A DNA stretch of 64,000 nt, taken from positions 12,000,001 through 12,064,000 of the forward strand of contig CP068257.2 of the NCBI GenBank assembly GCA_009914755.4. The letters run 5' to 3'. The notes under the pieces were generated by a model. It was not told where the DNA came from, searched no databases, and worked only from the letters and a program-made list of their open reading frames with translations. Shown in pieces: positions 1-12,902 of the stretch; positions within the stretch are counted from its first letter, which is position 1, and every line of letters starts with the position of its first letter. The translations under genes and the position numbers were made by a program. The DNA is from the human T2T-CHM13v2.0 reference genome, Homo sapiens.

Positions 1-1536
1 ACAGTAACCTATAATTTGTACTATACCAACTATGGTATAAAAACCTTAAAATGTATATTTCTGTTTCCTCTCTCCTTTATACTATTTATGTCATGCATTA
101 TAGTCTCAAATATTATGAATTCCATAATATAAAGTTACTTTTTTAAAAAAAAATTAGACAATCAATTATCTTTAGAGCAATGTAAAATAATTGGGTTATA
201 TATCTTTATATCTTCTCTGGCATTATTTATTTCTTTGTGTAGTTTCAACTTTCACCTGCTTCCATATTCCTTTTGCCTCAAGAAATGATTTTGACATTTA
301 TTTTAGTGCATACCTGTTAGCAAGGGACTCTTCCAGTGTTAATCTGCAAATGTCATTTAATTGTTATTTTTGCTGTATTACAGTTAATGGATATAAGATT
401 GGGGGTTGACTTTTCTTCAGTTATTTAAGAATTTTGTATCATTGGTTTCTGACTTGTAGAGTTACTGACAAGCAGTTCATTATAATGTTTGTTTCTGTTT
501 ATCTCTCTACACAGTGTTCCTATTTTTTCTGTGACTGAATTCAAGATTTATGGTAATCATTGGTTTTCAGCAGTTTGACTAGTGTGATTATTCTAGCGTT
601 CTTTAAATTTTGTATTAATCTTTCTTGGATATTTTGAGGTTATTTGGTCTCCTTAGTCATCTTTTTCAAATTTTTCTTCTCTCACATTCTGTTTTTACTT
701 TCCTTCTGTAATTCCAATTAATTATATTTTAGTTAATTTCATATTACCAGAAAATTCTTGGATTCACTGGAGTATTTTATTTGCTTGGTTTATTGGTTTA
801 TTTGGTTTTTCTCTTTCCTCCCTTTGTGCTACCATTCAAATGATTTGTATTGACCTAGTATAAAATTTACTGCTTCTTTCTTTAACTCTGATGACCAGTC
901 TGCTAATCAGCTTGCTGATGTAATTCATCTTTGTTCTCATGCTTTCACTTATTTCTAGATTTTGCCTTTTACTGTTCCCATCTTTGCTGAAATTCCTCAT
1001 TTTTCCATACATGTTGTATTTTTTAACTAGATCCTTTAACATTTTGATCATTATTATTTTAAATTACTTGCATTTAGTTCCAACATCTGAATTATCTCTG
1101 AATTTGATTCTGTTGACTTTTTATCCTTTGAAAATATTATAACTCATAACTCAAATTTCTAACTTGCTTTTATGTGTCTCCCAATTTCTAAAAAATGCAA
1201 ATCATCTGATGTAGAAAAACAGTAGATCATGAGATAATTATGTCGAGATTGTTTTATATTTCTGTTTCATTTTTATGTCATGCTATTAGTGTGGGCAGGA
1301 ACAAAGGTTGCTTTTTGCTGCGGTGTCTGAAACATTCAGTGACCAATGTAACTCAGATTTCTCCAGCAGTAGGCTGCTATGTGATGTGCCTTGTGTGGGG
1401 CCTTAGACTCTGGAGAGCATATGCCAATGATCCTGTTCCACAGTTAGCTTTCGGTAGTCCTTACCACCTATGTTATAGAGAGGGTCTCTCTCCACTTTCT
1501 TGTTCCTCTCTAACTGTAGAACATCATTTTGTGTAT

Positions 1537-1559
1537 ATGTGTGTGTGTGTGTGTGTGTG
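1537..1559. repeat. (TG)n microsatellite
   Basis: Uninterrupted gtgtgt run seen directly. Confidence 0.9.
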
Positions 1560-3375
1560 ACTAGGCAAAAAATTCAGGTTGGGGACAGAGGGATGATTCA
1601 TGTTATTTTTGAGCCAGTTTCATCATTGGACACTCACAGAAGGGGTATTTTTAACACTTCTTGACTCTTATTCTAGTGGGAGTCAAACTGTCACTTACCT
1701 GTGTTGTTTTTTGCAGAAGAAATAATACCTTACCCTCCTCCCACCTCAGTAGTAGAAAACCTCTGATTTATATCATTGCAAGTTTTCAACCCCACAATAA
1801 GGACAAACTCTTTTATTTCTCCTTCCATAGGAACAATATACCTTTGTCTGTGGTCACTGGATGGAGACTTTCCAAACCTTTACCACAGTAGCACGACTCT
1901 GCATTAGTGCAAAATCCTGGGCCCCAAAACAATCCTTGTTCCTCTCCTGATGGAGGAGTATTTTTCTTGCATCCCTCTCCCAGAAGCAGTGATCCTTTGC
2001 CTGGTATCAGGTGGGGTAGGGTAGGGTATGAGAGGTTTCTTAACCTTCTCTGAAAGCTGATGTGTTTTGCTTCTTCTTATCTCCCAGAAACAGTAGACTT
2101 TTGCATGGGTTCATGGACCCAGATGCTTTTTTGCCACAGCAAATTAAGGGTTTTGATTCTTAGGAGAGAAGCAAATGTTCATGTAGTCAATTTTTTTCTT
2201 ATTTATTTTTTGCTTTGTTTTCTTATTTCAGTAATGATGAGTTCAATATGATCATTATTTTCCACTTACACTGCTTGCAACTCTAATGTTTTGTTTTTGT
2301 TAGTCCCCCTTTGACAGTTCAGCACTAAATCAAATGCAGATAATCATCAGTTGTGTGAATAAAGTGTTTTTAATTGAGAACAAAATTGTTGATATAGACA
2401 CAAATTTGGATATTATCCTACTTAGCACAATATGTCGCTGGTTCAAAATGTAAAAACCTCTTTAGGCTGAAGAAAGAATGGTTCTTGGAACTATTGTCCC
2501 TTTTTGACAAATAAAATAAAACCCAATGCTTTTTATCTCATGGATAGATTATTAAAATAACTACATACCTGATCTTCATTTTATGTTCTCTCTCTTCAAG
2601 ATATTCCTTCAAAACTACTTTGACTGATTAGTCTCTTTTGAATTATGTTAGACTCTGTATTTTCTCCACAAGCTCATCAGGGTAAATCCTGCCTTTACAT
2701 TTTTTATAAAAATTCTCTTTTTTTTTCAAATCTTAGTTGAGCTGAAAGATTTCCACCAAATGTCTCCTATGCCAGAAAGCCTTATTTTACTTATCTCCCC
2801 TGTCCTCCTTGCTCAAGCTCATTTAGGAATATTTTAATTAAAACATTCATGCAATACTGTTTTTTAAAAAATCTGAACATATAGTATTTTCAATCTGAAT
2901 ACAAAATAGTGCTCTAATTTGAAAACAAGTTTTAGAAGCAAATGTTTCTAGAAGGAGAATCAACAGTGTCATAAATATCATAATCCAATTTTCCTGTTTG
3001 TACTAAAACATTAGCAAATATTTATTGAGAAATTGCCATCTGCCTGAAAGTATAATGCTTTTGATGCACATTATATCATAAAAACTAGGTACTATTATTA
3101 GTAGTATCTTAAGAGTAAAAATATTGAGTCTTAGAGAAGTTAAGCAATGTGCGCAAATAGCATAGGGAAAGTTGGAATTCTGAAATTCTGACTATGCTGT
3201 GCGTAGGTTAGGAGAATCAAGGCTTGTCAAATGTAACTGTTAAGTCATTGTGGGGATACGGAGGCCTCTGATTGCTAGGGTCAATACACTTAAGCAGATC
3301 ATGTCACTACTTAGTTAAATCTATTTCATTAAAGCAAAATTCCGTAAAGATTATTGGCACCAAAACTATTAATTT

Positions 3376-3480
3376 TCCTTCCTTCCTTTCTCTCTTTCTT
3401 TCCTTCCTTCCTTCCTTCCTTCCTTCCTTCCTTCCTTCCTTCCTTCCTTCCATCCTTCCTTCCTTCCTTCCTTCCTTGTC
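3376..3480. repeat. (TTCC)n/(GGAA)n microsatellite abutting the T-rich end of an antisense Alu
   Basis: ccttccttcc... run over ~100 bp. The ORF-track peptides FLPSFLPS and KEGRKEGRK are translations of it. Confidence 0.9.
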
Positions 3481-3804
3481 TTTCTGTCTTTCTTTGAGAC
3501 AGGGTCTCATTCTGTTGCCCAAGCTGGAGTGCAGTGGCACAATCATGGCTCACTGCAGCCCCAGCTTCCCCAGACTCCGGTGATCCTCCCACCTCATCCT
3601 CCTGAATAGCTGGGACTACAGGCAGGCAAGCCACTATGCCTGGCTAAATTTTCTTTTTCTTTTTCTTTTTTTTTTTTTTTTTTTTGTAAAGATTGGGTTT
3701 CACCATGTTGCCGAGCCTGGTCTGCAACTACTCAGCTCAAGCAATCCACCTGCCTTTGCCTCCCAAAGTATTGGGACTCCAGGTGTAAGCCACATGCCTG
3801 GCCA
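3478..3804 (-). mobile_element. Alu SINE (antisense)
   Basis: T-rich start then gagacagggtctc...gctggagtgcagtggc... and ends ...gccacatgcctggcc. Internal T-run is the reversed A-rich linker. Confidence 0.9.
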
Positions 3805-5289
3805 AAAATATTATTTAACAAGTTCAATTTAACTATTAGATTTTGGACAATGAGGGATAGAATTTTCTACATCATAAATCATCTTGTGTTCTTTATTTAA
3901 AGTAATATGTAAGGATTTCAATTTGATTCAAATATATTTATTAGCAAATTAAATGTCTTTTTCAGGATTCCAAACTTTTGTTGAAGACATAAATGTTAAA
4001 TGATGTCACTAATTTTAATTAGATTAGCAGAAAGGTACTCTGGTGTTTAATAACAATGACAGAATGGGCTATTAATTTTATTTTCTTTCCCTTTCTCCCT
4101 TTCCCCTTTTTAAAATATTTTACTTTTTAGGCTCTTTGGAATCCTGTAGATAGAGTTTTGGAGAATTAGACAAAACACTCACAGAAACTGCCAACCCTTG
4201 GATGAAATATATTGTTACTGTGCTTTGGGATTAAAATAACTACAGTTTATAGAACTTTTGTACTGATACACAGACACTAAAAAGGGAAAGGGTTTGGATG
4301 AGAAGCTCTGCTATGCAACCAGGAATCTCAGCCACTCATTTCTGTCGGAGCTGCAGGAGCTCCCTGTAAAGAGAGGTTATGGAGTCTGTAGCTTCAGGAA
4401 AGATACTTAAAACCCTTCAGAGTTTCTCCATTTTTCCCAGAGTTTCCCCAAAAAGGTTATGACATTTTATAAGAATGCTTCACTTGTGATAAACTAATAT
4501 CAAAGTCTTCTTGTAATTTATATTTAAGGATAAATCTTTATCCCATGTTTAATTTATTTAGCTTACCCTGTAGCTAATATTTCATGCTGAACACATTTTA
4601 AATGCTGTAAATATAGATAATATAATTTATGGATCATTAATGCCTCTCTAGTAGTTTAGAGAAAATGTCAAAAGAAATGGCCCCAGAATAAGCTTCTTGA
4701 TTTGTAAAATTCTATGTCATTGACTCAAGTTTGTATGGCATCTCAAAATATAAATATAGACATCTCAGAAAATATATTTGAAATAGCAAATTCCTGTTAG
4801 AAAAGAATAGTACTTAACTAGATAAGAATAACAAGTCACCATTATTTGAATTGTCTCCTATTAATTTTTGTTGTGTTGTGTTACTCATGTTTTACTTATG
4901 GGGGATATACATAACTTCTGCTGTTTTCAGAATTATTGTATGCAGTCAGTATGAGAATGCAATTTAAGTTTCCTTGATGCTTTCTCACACCTCTATTACT
5001 AGAAATAAGAATACAGTAATATTGGCAAAGAAAATTGACCAGTTCAATAAAATTTTTTAGTAAATCTGATTGAAAATAAACATTGCTTATGGCTTTCTTA
5101 CATCAATATTGTTATGTCTTAGACTACCTTATGTGAAATTAAGGCTTTGAAATTCTAATTATGTGCAAATGTGTAAAATAGCATCACCTAACGCTATATA
5201 ATATACTCTATTTCTATACTGTGATGGCAGGTTTATAATTCTGGAAAGATATACACAACATGAAATTTACCTTTTTAATCACTTTAAGT

Positions 5290-5760
5290 GCACAGTTTTG
5301 TGGCATTAAGTATATTTGCACTATTGTGCAACAGTCACCACCATAGACCTCCAAAACTTGTCTTCTTCTCCAACTAAAATGCTTTACTCATTGAACACCA
5401 ACTTCCCATTCCTCTCCCTCTCCTTCCCCCTAGCAATCACCATTCTACTTTCTGTCTCTACAACTTTCACTAAGTAACTCATAGAAGTGGCATGATAGAA
5501 TGTTTGAATTTTTCTGACTGGCTTATTTCACTTAGCATGTCTTCAAGTTTCATCTATTTTGTAGCATGTGTGAGAATATATTTTAAGGCTGAATATTATT
5601 ATGTTGCCGTATATACCACATTTTGTTTAACCACTCATCCATCAATATTCACAAGGGCTGCTCCCTCCCTTTGATTATTGTGAATAATATTGCTAATGGA
5701 CACGCTGCACAAACATCTGTTTGGTCCCTCTGCTCATTTATTTTGGATATGGATTTGCAT
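5290..5760 (-). mobile_element. L1 3'-end fragment (antisense orientation)
   Basis: Motifs ...ccaccattctactttctgtctcta...ggcttatttcacttagcat...catccatcaatattcacaag... typical of the reverse complement of old L1 3' regions. Confidence 0.45.
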
Positions 5761-6349
5761 TTTAATACAAAGGAGAAATTACACAGCTTTTTAAAAGTGT
5801 CCAGATAAAAAGGAGCACAACATCAGTAAAATATTAGAACGTAGATTAGGGGGAAAAACAGGGAAGGAATTGAACCAAAAGTCAATAAGCTGCATAAGAG
5901 AGTTTCAAGAGGAGGAAAAAATTGACAATATTAACATAGAATTAAAGAGCGATAGGTAGATATTTAGAAAATTGTCTCATGTACTTATATGTCGCCTGTG
6001 AACTGATATTTACATTATTTTATTATTCCAGGTTTCCAAAAGTAAGTGCAATATGAGAGTTTCATGATGCTAAATAAACTGAAACATGCTATATATTTTG
6101 ATATATTGTCCTTGAGAGGAGGCTGAGTGGTAATTAGTGCAATTTTAAATTATGATATGATAATGCAGTCAATCTGCCAAACTGACAAACAGTATATATA
6201 CAATATGTATACATTTCTCGCAAAATTCAGTTTTATCATACAATTAAATTATGATTTAAAACTACCTGACAATTAATGGAGGAAAAAAATAAAACAACAT
6301 TTGCATTAATATTACCATAATTTTGATATTATTGTAAATATCAAAATAT

Positions 6350-7030
6350 GTACTTAGAGATAAACCAGCAAAAAAGAGAAACATTTGAAAACTACAAAAC
6401 TACAAAATATTGCTAAAATAAATGAGACCTAAATAAATGGAATTTATGAGTCATAAATCTCTATATTGTTAAGATGTCTACTCTTCCCACATTGATCTAT
6501 AACAATTCCAATCAAATCACAGCTGGATTTCTTATTTTAGAAATTGAGAAACTAAAATTCTGAAATGTACATCAATGGGTAGAGGACCTATAATGGCAAA
6601 TTACTTTGAAAGGAAACAGTTACTTTGAAACCAGGTGCTGCTGGAGAATAAACAGCACCTGGATTCAAGACTTAGAACGTTACAGTAATACTTAAGACAA
6701 TGTAGTACAAATATAGATATACACATGTATATCAGCTATCAGCTAATTTTTGATAAAGTTCTTAGACCATTCATGGACATAACATTTTCAACAAATGCTT
6801 CTGAAACAATTAGATATCCCAGTATATATTTGTGTGTATGTGTGAAGCTCAATACTTCACACCTGAGAGGTATGAGTGTGCATTACAAAAGAGAACTAGG
6901 AAGCTTTGAGAGTATTGGATATGCTCATTGTCCCCTTCATGGTGATTGTTTAATGGGCACATGTACATATCAAATTCATCTCATTTACACTTTAAATATT
7001 GGAAGTGTGTTTTATGTTCGTTAGACATGA
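6350..7030 (+). mobile_element. Old L1 (L1M-like) ORF2 fragment, sense
   Basis: Frameshifted translation resembles L1 ORF2 (e.g. YQLIFDKV... ~ YGQLIFDKGAKTIQW). Heavily diverged. Confidence 0.4.
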
Positions 7031-7649
7031 ATAAAGCTGCAAAATGTTACCAAATATTCACTTACTATGCTTTTATTCATTTTCCTCTCTCTATAAACCT
7101 TCAGATAGAAAATGCAGTTGAAAGATATTTCATAAAGGAAGAAAAGAAGTATGAATACAGGTGAGAGATATTACTGAGATTTTTTTTCAGTGCAATCCTG
7201 GGCTTTTCTGACTAGCAATATTTTTATGTGCAGAAGTAGTAGAAAAGATAAATATTTTGTACAGTAGAAAAACACATTATTTCTGTGCCATGGAAGAGAG
7301 AACTCACAAAGATGACAGCTTCTGGCTATGTTGGATACTAACCAGTACTGTAAGTACCCAACGATCTGACTTTAACACTGGCTGTAAAGCTCCTTTAATG
7401 TTCCTTGCAAGGATTTGAACCTATTTACTGGAACCCTCATCGCTTATTGAGTTGAAAAACATTGTTGATATGTGTTTATCTTATATTTGCAGTAGAGTCA
7501 TAATTTTACTTTTTAGAAAATTATATATTAAACAAAAAAAGACACATGAAATTGTATATTGTTTAATGTTTCAACTGTGATATCACTCCATATGCATATT
7601 TAAATTCCTATTTGATAAAGGATAGGAAATACAGAAAGAATTCTTGTGA

Positions 7650-8810
7650 TAATAGCGAACACAGAACTGTTGAAAGGTGTTGAAGCTGAGCTGGAGAGAG
7701 TCACCAAGGCTGGCGCCAAAGCTGGCAAGGTCGGAGGGTTTCCTGCCTGGGCGGCACAGCTTGAGCTCGCCCTGCGTCACGAGTGGTGGAAACTGCAGAC
7801 CCAGCTGGGCCCTGAGGTCTCTGCCTCAGCCTCCCGCCTGCTAGGAGCTGCGCTGAGGTCCCAGATAGGCGACGCTGGCGGGGTGCCCCTGAGCGAAGGC
7901 AGCCCATGTGTGGGACAGCAGCAGGAGACCAGGGTCCAGGGACCCACCTCCCACCGCGGGAACCTCGAGCCTCCCCTGGCACCCCTAGCTTGGTCCGCCT
8001 GGCCTCCGGAGCCCGGTGTGTATCCTGGTCATGGGGACGCCCACCAGGTGCCCGGGAGTCCCCCTCGGCCACAGCCTGCGGCTCCGCCGGCCCTCAAGCC
8101 CGGTGTGGGGACTCCAGCCCTGCCGCCTCTGCTCCCGCCAGGCCGGGACCTGTCCTCCTCCTGGGCGCCCGGCAGTAGGGGCGATGCACACTGCCCGCTG
8201 CCCTGCACAGCCTTTCGCCGCACATCCCCTCTCGCCCCTCTGCCCCGGGCCAGGACCTTCCTGGCCGCACAGAACCCACCTTCCTTCCCGTTGTAGAGCT
8301 GCTCCGCTTCCCCAACCCACAGGGAAAAACGGCAGATCTCCAACCAAACAGAAATCTGTGTGTGACTCCTCTGGTTTGATACTGCCAGTCCCCACATTTT
8401 CTTCCGGGTGTTTTCTTGGCAGAATGTGCTCAATGTTTGATGTTTCACCAGCAATGAGGCTGAAAAGTGACAGCAATAGAGAAACACATCAGGCTTTCCG
8501 TGACAAACATGACCTTCCCTTCTTCAAAACTCAGCAATCTCCACGGCACACAAAGGACTTAGGACAAGATGACCGAGCTGGAGTGCTCGCCCCAAAATGC
8601 AGGCCCGGAGTGGGTCACCTCCTTAGGGCAGGCCCAGGCTTGTCCTGGCTGCCCCGGCGCCTTTCTCCTCCCACCCAATGCAGGGGACCCCACAAACTCG
8701 GCTGTTGGGGCTCCCTGCTCCTCCCTCCACAGAAGCCACCTCCTGCCCTCCAAGCTGGGGGTCTCCTGGGGCGTCCTGGGCTGAGAGGGAAAGACGCCAG
8801 CTCCGCAAGC
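7650..8810. other. GC-rich, CpG-dense unique block with a sharp AT-to-GC transition at ~7640
   Basis: Abrupt composition change. Many CG dinucleotides. Open frames on both strands without recognisable protein homology. Confidence 0.5.
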
Positions 8811-8814
8811 CAGG

Positions 8815-9392
8815 AAGGGAACACCGCCACATTGTTACACGCACACACCACCACACTGTCACATGTACAGACACACGGAGACATTACCACACGGACACAC
8901 CGTCACATGGACACACTGGCACATTCACATGGACGGACACACAGACATACGGAGAAATCCACACGGACACACCACCACACTATCACAGGGACACACAGAC
9001 ACACGGAGACATCACATGGACACACCACCACACTATCACAGGGACACACAGACACACAAGAGACATCACTACACTGTCACATGGACACACCATCACAGGA
9101 ACACACAAACACACTGCCACATGGACACTGCCACACACAGACACACCGCCACACTGTCACATGGACACACCTCCACACTGTCAGACACCACCACACAGAC
9201 ACTGCCATGTGGACACAAGGACACACAGACATTGTCACATGGATACACACACTGTCACACGGAGACATCACCATGCAGATACATGAACACACCACCACAT
9301 GGACATAGCACCACACAGACACTCTGCCACACGGACACACCACCACACAGACACACCACCACGCTGCCACACAGAGACACCACCACATCGTT
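8815..9392. repeat. Degenerate CA-rich minisatellite (~53-54 bp period, two near-identical units at ~8960-9066)
   Basis: Recurring cacatggacacaccaccacactatcacagggacacacagacacacggagacat units. Gives His/Thr-rich pseudo-ORFs in three frames. Confidence 0.8.
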
Positions 9393-9473
9393 GCCACATT
9401 TTCATGTGTCAGCTGGCGGTGTGGGCCCCACGACTCTGAGCTCTAATAGATAAATTACTTAGGCATATAGTGA

Positions 9474-9775
<302 letters not shown>

Positions 9776-10186
9776 AAGAATTTCTTTCCATCTCCTGTGT
9801 TATTGCTTTGGCAGTGGAAATGCGCGTGGCCTCTAGAGTGGGTCCCAAGGTCATGAAGGCCTGTAAGGTGGAGGGCAAGGTCTCTCTTTCCAGGCTGGAA
9901 TGGAGGAAGATGTGGTGGCCGAGGGGCTGCATGTCCTCCTCGCGGCAGGCCCCTGAGGACCTTTATCCTCCTGAGCCGCAAATGTCCCTCAGGGGTGTCT
10001 AAAGCGCTGGGTGGGGCCCTTATAGGCCTTACGAGCTCTGGCCAATTAGTGGTCCGTAAAACGCAGAGGTGAACACCATAGAACCACAGGTCCAGGAGAA
10101 TTTTGCAAAAGCTCTGAGGATGCCCTTTTTTATTCTCCCACTGCAAAATTGTTTTAAAAAGCAAAAAATCCAGCAATGTCCGGGGA

Positions 10187-11930
10187 AAGTCAATACTGAG
10201 TGTCAGCGCGGGATGCTGCCGCTGATACGGTCCCGGCGTCCTGGCCGAAAGTGGCCTCCTCGGGGACCGCATCTCCGCGCACCATGGCAGCAAACGCCAG
10301 CGGTTTGTGGGCGGATGGTGTCCCCGTGGCCATCCCCGCTCCTGAGTGCGGAAGGACAGACAGGAGCGGGGACTTCTGGGTGTTCCTGGTGTCAGCCAGC
10401 TTGACGCCGTTGTTCCTCCTGGAAATCCGGGATTTGGAGAAGCACCTGGTTCCTGATGGAGGCCGTGGGCCTCTTGGTCCCCGCTTACCAGGCAGCGGCG
10501 CCAGCCTAGTTCTCAGCCCCGTCCCTGATGGGCGCCGCCTTCCATCAGGCCAAAGACTTTCCTCCAAACTACCCTTCTTGGGGCAGGGAAGCAGCATCCT
10601 GGGCCTTCCCTGGGGCCTGTGGTGCTGGCAGCAGCTCCACGTTGAGGTCGCCTGCAGCCCGCACCGCGGAGCGCTGGAGGTTCCTGAGCCCGGTCTGGGG
10701 AGGCCAATCCGCAGGTGCCTGGTGCCCGGTGCCTGCCGCAGTCTCAAAAGCGCCTGGAGGTGACATCCAGGAGCACCACTGCACCACCCGCAGGGAGACC
10801 CACGGCGAGGCGCGCCCCCTAAAGCGGCCAAGGAAGAAGCAGAAGGATAGGAAGGCACCCAGAGCTTGGGGTGATCTCAGGCCGCCCGCCCCGACCAAGT
10901 TCCTGGTCTCCGGGAGGTTTTTTTTTAATTTCTTCCATATTATTATCTTTATTATTATTAACTTTTCAAGATGGATTAAAGACTTAAATGTTAGATCTAA
11001 AACCGTAAAAACCCTAGAAGAAAACCTAGGCAATACCATTCAGGACATAGGCATGGGCAAGGACTTCATGTCTAAATCACCAAAAGCAATGGCAACAAAA
11101 GCCAAAATTGACAAATGGGATCTAACTAAACTAAAGAGCTTCTGCACAGCAAAAGAAACTACCATCAGAGTGAACAGGCAACTTACAGAATGGGAGAAAA
11201 ATTTTGCAATCTACCCATCTGACAAAGGGCTAATATCCAGAATCTACAAAGAACTTAAACAAATATACAAGAAAAAATCAAACAATCCCATCAAAAAGTG
11301 GGGGAAGGATATGAACAGACACTTCTCAGAAGAAGACATTTATGCAGCCAACAGACACATGAAAAAATGTTCATCATCACTGGCCATCAGAGAAATGCAA
11401 ATCAAAACCACAATCCGGGAGGTATTGCCAAAGACGATGTGGGCTTTCTGGGCAATGTCCGGCCTGAGCTGGAGATTCTGGGACGCGGTCAAGTGGTCCT
11501 TTGGAGATTCCACGGCTTCGGATCCCTACTGCAGGATGCTCCGCTGTGTCTGACAGCCTCTGGCATTTTGCTGAGGGGTAACCTCGGAATGTATAGACAT
11601 AAGAACACTGGGATGGCCCAGTCGTGCCCCAGGCATTCCCGCACACAGTGGTGGCAAAGGCAGGCGCTGAGACAAAGTGCCCAGTCGGCTTGGTGAGAGT
11701 TCTTTACAGGTTAGTGACAGACTTGGTCCCGTGCTTGTGTTTTCTCATGTTTTCAGTTAACCTGCGGATGCCCAGGGGCTCCTCCATCTCCAGCCTGTTC
11801 TCCTCGGGCTGAAGCCCAAAGTCCCCCATTTTCTCCTCAAACAGCTCACAGAGCCACTTCTGCAGGCAGGAGGACAGCGGTGGGCTCAGTGGCTGACCTA
11901 GGAAGCCACATCTGAAGGAACTGCTGGGTG
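10187..11930 (-). pseudogene. GRAMD4P: GRAMD4 processed pseudogene (5'-truncated; 3' half of the CDS including the GRAM domain), split by a later retro-insertion at 10918-11414
   Basis: Minus-strand translations match recalled human GRAMD4. Examples: KWLCELFEEKMGDFGLQPEENRLEMEEPLGIRRLTENMRKHKHGTKSVTNL ~ [79 protein letters not shown] ~ EPPKEDLTVSEKFQLVLDVAQKAQNLFG; LSVLPHSGAGMATGTPSAHKPLAFAAMVRGD ~ LSVLPGSGMGIAVSTPSTQKPLVFGAMVHRD; ending ...SAAASR. It is continuous across what are many exons in the parent, hence processed. Frameshifts are present. Locus number not determinable. Confidence 0.7.
10918..11414 (-). mobile_element. Poly(A) retro-insertion on the minus strand carrying an antisense L1-ORF2 segment (the L1 reads sense on the + strand), flanked by a 9-bp TSD tccgggagg
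   Basis: + strand: ...ggtct|ccgggagg|ttttttttt aatttc...ttcaagatggattaaagacttaaatgt... (L1 ORF2 C-terminus, [31 protein letters not shown]) ...atcaaaaccacaat|ccgggagg|tattgcc. The tail lies on the minus strand, with AATAAA about 20 nt upstream of it. GRAMD4 homology resumes immediately on both sides. Confidence 0.6.
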
Positions 11931-12902
11931 ACTATGGCCATAAGTCAATCAAAGCAGACTCCCTGGCTTGCTGCGCTACATTGATTTTGTTTTCATTTTT
12001 TAAAAGACGCAGAAGGGAGGTCCTAGGAAATTTGCCCAATGCAGATGCTGACAAGAGTGGTGACATGAAAAAGATTACCCAGAAGGAAAACAAGAGCTAT
12101 TTTCTAAACATCTGAAATCTGTATAGGCTTTTGGAAAAGTGAAACTAGATGCAAAGCACAATGATATAATTCTGGCAATTTCCACTGACACAGAACTCAG
12201 TCAATCTGAATTAATCTAAGGGTTATAAGGAAAATGGCACTCCAAGAAGTATCTATTAACATCACTCAGCTGCTGTGAAATAGGCTTACAGACAACACGG
12301 AGTGTCAATTATCCAATGTTTAAAGTCAGTGATACAGATTGGACTACAATCTCTATGGCTCATAAAGTCTTCTTTAAAGGATTGACAGATGATTTATCTC
12401 ATATGTAGACAATGATTCTCAGCAGTTAGCTAGCACAACTTGCTAATATCAATTGCTTGAGAAAATCAGATAATTGCTTGAGAAAATTAGGACATTGCTT
12501 GAGGATGTTAGGTAATTAAATAAATTACTTTTTTAAAGAATAGTTTAATGTTTTGGCAAGTAGACTTTAAAATAGATTGGTAATATTTTAAAGGCCACTT
12601 TTAAAGAAGTAGCAATATAACATGTGGAATTATGAAAAATAATAATGTTGGAAACAATTCAATTTTCTATCACAGATAATTTCACAAATATAGAAATACC
12701 ATCTCAATAATTAGAAGAAGTAGCAGCAATTTCTGTCATTTTTATGCAAGTTACTCCTAGTCCATTTATCTGGTCTTAAATAGTGTTTTTAAAATTTGTT
12801 TTCAAACAAGTCTAATCATAAATAATAGAATATATTTTACAATAGTTGAAGGTAACAAAAAATAAGTGCTATTTAAAAAATTGTATTAGATTGTTTAAAA
12901 AT

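Noticed and set aside
7646-8487. Multiple overlapping ORFs on both strands (216, 163, 152, 123 aa) in the GC-rich block
   Set aside because: Typical of high-GC sequence where stop codons are rare. Both strands are simultaneously open. Pro/Ala/Gly/Arg-rich low-complexity translations. No homology recognised.
8016-9308. 430-aa + strand ORF, the longest in the track, with overlapping 202-aa and 196-aa ORFs
   Set aside because: Runs through GC-rich DNA and then the CA-rich minisatellite. The His/Thr-rich repeats are motif translations. Three overlapping frames are all open. No recognisable homology. No gene structure.
10190-10858. 222-aa minus-strand ORF, considered as a possible intact gene
   Set aside because: It is the C-terminal part of a frameshifted, 5'-truncated GRAMD4 retrocopy. 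The N-terminal portion of the ORF is out-of-frame pseudogene sequence. Not an intact CDS.
10528-11553. 341-aa + strand ORF
   Set aside because: Chimeric read-through: first the antisense of the GC-rich GRAMD4 pseudogene, then a genuine L1 ORF2 C-terminal fragment (…[31 protein letters not shown]…). Not a host gene.
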